DNA of 20,000 nt, from IMG/VR virus record IMGVR_UViG_3300032605_001371. One strand, written 5' to 3'. A program made the translations under genes and the position numbers. Source of the DNA: an uncultured virus (IMG/VR IMGVR_UViG_3300032605_001371). Its lineage: Duplodnaviria > Heunggongvirae > Uroviricota > Caudoviricetes. Positions 15,564-20,000 of this stretch are shown here, piece after piece. The notes below the pieces were generated by a model that searched no databases, had not been told where the DNA came from, and saw only the letters and a program-made list of their open reading frames with translations. Within the stretch, counting starts at the first letter, position 1. Each line of letters begins with the position of its first letter.

Positions 15564-15797
15564 ATGGCAAAGCTCGACAATAAGTCTATCGTCAATCAAA
15601 TCTTTGAAGATTTGGAGAACTACCGTATTTTCTGTAGAGACTACGGTTATCGATATGATGAGCGAGATTTATATAACAACAAGAGCTATATCTATCGGCA
15701 GTACCAAAAGACAGTTGCAAGCAAACCTGCAAAGAATCAATGGGAAATCGATGCAGAGAAGTTTAAGGAACGTGAACTTCTTAATACCCGTCGATAA
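15564..15797 (+). CDS. Small hypothetical phage protein
   Basis: MAKLDNKSIVNQIFEDLENYRIFCRDYGYRYDERDLY…; AAGGA RBS at about 15552 supports ATG 15564 rather than 15465. Confidence 0.7.
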   Translation: MAKLDNKSIVNQIFEDLENYRIFCRDYGYRYDERDLYNNKSYIYRQYQKTVASKPAKNQWEIDAEKFKERELLNTRR

Positions 15798-15811
15798 AGT
15801 ATCGACATACA

Positions 15812-15843
15812 GTAACGGGTGGTTAACCACCCGTTACCTTTTT
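15812..15843 (+). terminator. Intrinsic terminator
   Basis: Perfect palindrome GTAACGGGTGGTTAACCACCCGTTAC (15812-15837) followed by CTTTTT. Confidence 0.8.
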
Positions 15844-15857
15844 ATTAGGACAATATT

Positions 15858-17033
15858 ATGCGTAAACTATACTATATGGGATTGGAGCCTTATAAGGCTC
15901 GGTACACTCTCCAATTGACATACTGGAATACTAGAGTCTTTGATCGTAGGGGCATCGACTACATAGTGGTGCCGGGCGAAACGCTCGATAGCAGCAAGGC
16001 TATCGTAACTGGTCAAGTGCTAGACGCACATGGTCGTTCTTATTTCGGTATGAGCCAGATGATGAATTTGGTAAAGCTGATGAAGGAAGGTAAGATCACA
16101 CAAGAAGATGTTATCTACTTTGAAGATATGTTTCAGCCGGGAATTGAGTCTCTTCCGTATATCATGGATCAGATTCCATATGACATGAGACCCAAAGTAT
16201 ATGTTCGCTGTCTAGCACAAACGATTGACCCTGATGATTTTGTTCACGTATGGGGAATGGAACGCTGGATGGGGCATTACGAGAAGATGGTTAACGAATT
16301 TGTCGACGGTGTTCTTGCAACCAATGAAGAAATGGTTGCGCACATGGCCATTGCTGGTTGGACTGCTCCCATCTATAATATTTCCGGTCTTGCTTTTGGT
16401 AAGGATGAGGTGCAAAGTCGAGTTGAACGTATCAAGCCGTTCAATGACCGTCGTATGCGAGTTGTTTTCTCTGCACGCTGGGATCAGGAGAAGCAACCTG
16501 ACTTCTATCTCGATTTGATCGATGAATGGCACAAGCAACATCCGAGCAAAAATGTAGAATTCGTTATTTGTAGCGGCAGCAAGCTGAAAAGCAACAATGA
16601 CAGCTACATGCAACGCACTCGCAAGATGATCGAAGATCGAAAATTAACGCTATATGAAGATTTGGAAAAGAATCAATACTATGAGATTGTTAACGATAGC
16701 CGAGTAGTCTTCAACTGTGCATTACAAGATTGGGTATCCAACACTGTAAGCGAGGCTGATGCATTGGGTTGCAATGTGCTGTATCCCGCATATCGTTCGT
16801 TTCCTGAAACTTTTGCTAATGATCCTGAGCGTTTGTACATTCCGTGGTCTATTCAAGATGCGATCAACAAGCTAGATCCTTTGCTGCGTCGTCCACACGC
16901 AAATATGGGCAAGATCAGTGATTGGACCGATAAAACTGTGGATCGTATTTGCGATATCCTTGAAGGAAACGGGGAGAAGTGGAATCGTGATCGTACGGAT
17001 TATAGAAAATATACAAGAGAATCAAAGTACTAA
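15858..17033 (+). CDS. GT-B fold glycosyltransferase (GT4-like)
   Basis: VVFSARWDQEKQPD and ALQDWVSNTVSEADALGCNVLYP…SFPE resemble GT4 C-terminal Rossmann motifs (R…K; D/E-x7-E); AGGA RBS. Confidence 0.75.
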   Translation: MRKLYYMGLEPYKARYTLQLTYWNTRVFDRRGIDYIVVPGETLDSSKAIVTGQVLDAHGRSYFGMSQMMNLVKLMKEGKITQEDVIYFEDMFQPGIESLPYIMDQIPYDMRPKVYVRCLAQTIDPDDFVHVWGMERWMGHYEKMVNEFVDGVLATNEEMVAHMAIAGWTAPIYNISGLAFGKDEVQSRVERIKPFNDRRMRVVFSARWDQEKQPDFYLDLIDEWHKQHPSKNVEFVICSGSKLKSNNDSYMQRTRKMIEDRKLTLYEDLEKNQYYEIVNDSRVVFNCALQDWVSNTVSEADALGCNVLYPAYRSFPETFANDPERLYIPWSIQDAINKLDPLLRRPHANMGKISDWTDKTVDRICDILEGNGEKWNRDRTDYRKYTRESKY

Positions 17034-17095
17034 ATACATGTGTCACACAACGGTGACGCACTCAAAATTGACATCCGCGTAAGGAAGGATTTACT

Positions 17096-17776
17096 ATGTC
17101 ATACAACAAAACCAAAACGGACCCCGATCTGGGTCGTAGCGTCCATGAACATCTTGTTAAAGTCGGAGTAGAAACTCCGTTTAAAGATAACGGATTAGAC
17201 CGTAAAGACAAGATTGAAATCATCGAACGAGATTTCGAACATATTATGAAAACGTTAGGACTTGATCTAACAGACGACAGCTTGGCTGAAACGCCAAAGC
17301 GGGTTGCTAAAATGTACTGCAACGAAATATTTTGGGGTTTGGATTATGATGCATTCCCGAAGTGTACGACTGTAGAGAATAAGATGAAATATAACGAAAT
17401 GGTAGTAGAACGAAACGTGAACGTTCAATCTAACTGTGAGCATCATTTTGTGGTCATCGATGGAGTTGCGACGGTCGCATATGTACCTAAGGATAAGGTT
17501 CTTGGGTTGTCTAAGATCAATCGCATTGTCGAATACTTCAGTAAGCGTCCTCAAATTCAAGAGAGACTGACTGAACAGGTATTTCATACTCTGCAATTTA
17601 TTCTAGATACTGAGGATGTTGCAGTTATGATTGATGCACAGCACTATTGCGTGAAATCGCGTGGTGTTGAGGATACCGGATCTTCAACGGTAACTGTTCG
17701 TTTAGGTGGTGGATTCAAGACTGACCCTGCTGCTAGAAATGAATTCCTAAGCATTGCAAGAATGGGAAAATGCTAA
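17096..17776 (+). CDS. folE: GTP cyclohydrolase I
   Basis: ETPKRVAKMY, SNCEHHF, GLSKINRIV, RPQIQERLT, HYCVKSRGV. Confidence 0.96.
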   Translation: MSYNKTKTDPDLGRSVHEHLVKVGVETPFKDNGLDRKDKIEIIERDFEHIMKTLGLDLTDDSLAETPKRVAKMYCNEIFWGLDYDAFPKCTTVENKMKYNEMVVERNVNVQSNCEHHFVVIDGVATVAYVPKDKVLGLSKINRIVEYFSKRPQIQERLTEQVFHTLQFILDTEDVAVMIDAQHYCVKSRGVEDTGSSTVTVRLGGGFKTDPAARNEFLSIARMGKC

Positions 17777-17982
17777 ATCTAGATTTACATGGTGTACGAC
17801 ATCAAGACGTTGATGTTATGGTGGAAAACTTCATTCTGTTAAATCAGAAGGAGTTTCCGCTTACCATACTGTGTGGTAACAGTGTAAAAATGATTAAGCT
17901 AGCAGAAGCAGTCATAGAAAGAATTGGCTGTGAAGCAAAAATGTATCGTTACGGTATCATAACCGTTGAACGATTTACGTAA
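17770..17982 (+). CDS. Small Smr-like domain protein
   Basis: LDLHGV…LTILCGNS resembles the Smr LDLHG…IxTGxG pattern; 70 aa. Confidence 0.55.
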   Translation: MLNLDLHGVRHQDVDVMVENFILLNQKEFPLTILCGNSVKMIKLAEAVIERIGCEAKMYRYGIITVERFT

Positions 17983-17988
17983 GAAAGA

Positions 17989-18498
17989 ATGAAAATGACA
18001 TTACAACCAGTATCATATGCATATACTAGTACAAAGGAATACCACGATGCGTTTCCTTGTGCTTATCGGCAATGGAGAGCAGATTCTCATTGCAATTTGA
18101 TTCACGGATATAGCTTTTCTATGAAGTTCTATTTTGGAACTAACGAGCTAGACGTTCGTAATTGGGCCGCCGATTATGGCGGTCTTAAGGAGCTAAAGAA
18201 GGTACTTGAAGACCAATTTGACCATACCACATTAGTTAGTTCTGATGACCCGGAACTTGACTGGTATAAAGAAGCAGAAAAGCGTGGTCTTATGAAGTTA
18301 ACTATACTCCCGAAATTGGGATGCGAAAGCTTAGCCGACATGCTTTATAAGTATGTCAATGGAGTTTATATTCCTGAAATGTGGGGGCCTTCCGAGGCGG
18401 CCCGGCTGTGGTGCTATCGCGTCGAAGTGCGCGAGACTCAAAGCAATATGGCATTCAGAGAAGGGCACCGTGAATGGAATGAGGACCTTTTTGCGTGA
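17989..18498 (+). CDS. queD: 6-carboxy-5,6,7,8-tetrahydropterin synthase
   Basis: SHCNLIHGYS (CxxxHG), DYGGLKELKKVLEDQFDH, GCESLA, VEVRET. Confidence 0.88.
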   Translation: MKMTLQPVSYAYTSTKEYHDAFPCAYRQWRADSHCNLIHGYSFSMKFYFGTNELDVRNWAADYGGLKELKKVLEDQFDHTTLVSSDDPELDWYKEAEKRGLMKLTILPKLGCESLADMLYKYVNGVYIPEMWGPSEAARLWCYRVEVRETQSNMAFREGHREWNEDLFA

Positions 18499-18659
18499 AT
18501 AAACTTTGGGGATTATGGGCTAAGGCTTTAGGAGAAAAGGCTTCTCCTTGTGATATAGAGTCTGATCGGATCGCTTGGATTCGAACAGTCTTAATAACCC
18601 AGTCTGTGATTACCAACATTTTTATTATCGAAAACGCAATTAGACACTGGCATGGATAA
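18495..18659 (+). CDS. Small phage protein, possibly membrane-associated (54 aa; absent from the ORF track)
   Basis: GTG start overlapping the queD stop (GTGA): MNKLWGLWAKALGEKASPCDIESDRIAWIRTVLITQSVITNIFIIENAIRHWHG*. It exactly fills the gap and overlaps the next gene. Confidence 0.7.
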   Translation: MNKLWGLWAKALGEKASPCDIESDRIAWIRTVLITQSVITNIFIIENAIRHWHG

Positions 18660-19110
18660 ATCTAACAGAATGCGAGCCGACTTGATGGTGCAGCAGCAAA
18701 TAAAAGGACCATGGCAACACATGGTCGGAGTAATCATGTTGAACCAAACATCCAGGCAGCAAGTAAAGAAAGTATTACCTGAGTTTTTAACGAGTTGGGA
18801 TACACCTGAGAAGTTGCTGTTAGCTATCGAAGACGATATCAAACGTGTAGTCTCTCCTTTAGGCATGACTAATGTTCGGGTAAAAAGATTGCTTGGAATG
18901 ACCCGAGATTATTTGAATTGGGATCATGATGATGCTACAATGCTCTATGGTATTGGTAAATACGGCAGCGACAGTTATGAAATATTTTTCAAAAATAACT
19001 ATGCGGTTCAACCAACGGACAAAGAACTAATACGATACTTGTCGAGTAATCAGCATAAGTCCGAAAATGATAACTTGAAAGAAGAAAATGACAAAAATAA
19101 AGATCAGTGA
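18652..19110 (+). CDS. HhH-GPD DNA glycosylase, MBD4-like
   Basis: PWQHMVGVIMLNQT…WDTPE…PLGM…R…LYGIGKYGSDSYEIF matches the MBD4 catalytic domain pattern (LNxT; LxGIGKYGxDSY). Confidence 0.8.
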   Translation: MDKSNRMRADLMVQQQIKGPWQHMVGVIMLNQTSRQQVKKVLPEFLTSWDTPEKLLLAIEDDIKRVVSPLGMTNVRVKRLLGMTRDYLNWDHDDATMLYGIGKYGSDSYEIFFKNNYAVQPTDKELIRYLSSNQHKSENDNLKEENDKNKDQ

Positions 19111-19969
19111 GTTATTCTACTCAATTCAAGGCGAGGGAAGATATCAAGGCGTCCCGTCGGTATTTTTACGCACGTTTGGCTGTAACTTCAAATGTGCTGG
19201 TTTCGGAATGCCCAAAGGTGAGTTAAGTGACGAGGTTGATGCTATCGCCTTCGCTCATAAGAATACTCCTTATGAAAATTATGAATCTCTACCATTAGTC
19301 AGCACCGGGTGTGACAGTTATGCTAGCTGGGATCCTCGCTTCAAGGACTTGTCTCCATTCAAGACGGTCAATGAAATAGTTGATGACATTATGGTAATAC
19401 TACCGTTCAATGAATGGAGGCGAGAGCATCTTGTTATTACTGGCGGAGAACCATTGCTTACGTGGCAACGATCATATCCGTCTTTGTTGAGTCATCCCAA
19501 AATGAAGGGTCTGCGAGAAATCACCTTTGAGACAAATGGCACCCAGCCGCTTACTCATGAACTTAGACACTATCTAGAGGATTGGGTGTATGAAGGTGGA
19601 AAGTTAGGATTTGGTTCAGATGACAAGGATCGTGAGATTACGTTTTCTGTCAGTGCCAAACTAAGCTGCTCGGGCGAAGCACGCGAGAAGGCGATTCAGC
19701 CCGATATCGTATGCAGCTATGAGGAAGTTGGACACACGTATCTAAAGTTTGTTGTAGCTACAGAAAATGACATTGATGAGGCCTTAGAAACGACTCAAGT
19801 GTACCGTGATGCTGGATTTACGGGTGATGTTTATCTGATGCCAGTTGGTGGCGTAGAAAGTGTGTATCAACTGAATAACAAGAACGTGGCACTAGCAGCA
19901 ATGAAGCATGGGCTTCGTTATAGTGATAGATTGCAGGTCACGCTCTGGAAGAACCAATGGGGAACGTAA
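19088..19969 (+). CDS. queE: 7-carboxy-7-deazaguanine synthase (radical SAM)
   Basis: ISELFYSIQGEG, FLRTFGCNFKC…CDS, VITGGEPL, FETNGT, SAKL, YLKFVV, YLMP, RLQVTLW. Confidence 0.92.
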   Translation: MTKIKISELFYSIQGEGRYQGVPSVFLRTFGCNFKCAGFGMPKGELSDEVDAIAFAHKNTPYENYESLPLVSTGCDSYASWDPRFKDLSPFKTVNEIVDDIMVILPFNEWRREHLVITGGEPLLTWQRSYPSLLSHPKMKGLREITFETNGTQPLTHELRHYLEDWVYEGGKLGFGSDDKDREITFSVSAKLSCSGEAREKAIQPDIVCSYEEVGHTYLKFVVATENDIDEALETTQVYRDAGFTGDVYLMPVGGVESVYQLNNKNVALAAMKHGLRYSDRLQVTLWKNQWGT

Positions 19970-20000
19970 ATGTGGCATATGGTCAACACAGAGGCTAACC

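Noticed and set aside
15790..15806. Small hairpin GTCGATA-AAG-TATCGAC before the terminator as a possible ncRNA
   Set aside because: A 7-bp stem overlapping a stop codon with no further supporting structure; could be chance or part of the terminator region.
1036..18866. Numerous short overlapping ORFs (e.g. 1036-1290, 1468-1731, 3808-4014, 6944-7381, 8378-8677, 13238-13654, 15023-15427, 15604-15918, 16212-16613, 17267-17596, 18591-18866)
   Set aside because: They lie within well-supported genes on the other strand or frame and lack recognisable motifs; treated as shadow ORFs.
19970..20000. Start of a further ORF (ATGTGGCAT…)
   Set aside because: Only 10 codons are visible at the window edge, which is too little to support a call.

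Overview
A 20 kb segment of a large, probably T4-like/jumbo dsDNA phage; AxA-type signal peptides hint at a proteobacterial, possibly alphaproteobacterial, host. From left to right: (1) an envelope/signalling module of CsgG (partial), a curlin-repeat protein, a FecR-domain protein, a CHASE2 class III adenylate cyclase and an outer-membrane beta-barrel; (2) two putative late/virion proteins, one with a frameshifted repeat tail; (3) a replication block with a DsbA/GapR-like DNA-binding protein, a family B DNA polymerase split into two genes and a probable sliding clamp; (4) a 7-deazaguanine DNA-modification cluster (TGT/DpdA-like, DpdL-like LxxxHRHxF T-fold protein, folE, queD, queE) interleaved with a GT-B glycosyltransferase, an Smr-like protein and an MBD4-like glycosylase. 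The most striking signal is two unrelated homing-type endonuclease genes (EDxHD/DUF559 and HNH). Both are inserted antisense into conserved genes with no visible intron or intein, and both carry the same minus-strand ATAAATACA late-promoter motif. Each overlaps the 3' end of the interrupted gene with its own C-terminus. One splits polB at the fingers tip. The other supplies a recoded replacement C-terminus for the DpdL-like gene and leaves a second, orphaned copy of that C-terminus downstream. All product calls come from motif recognition by eye; no searches were run.
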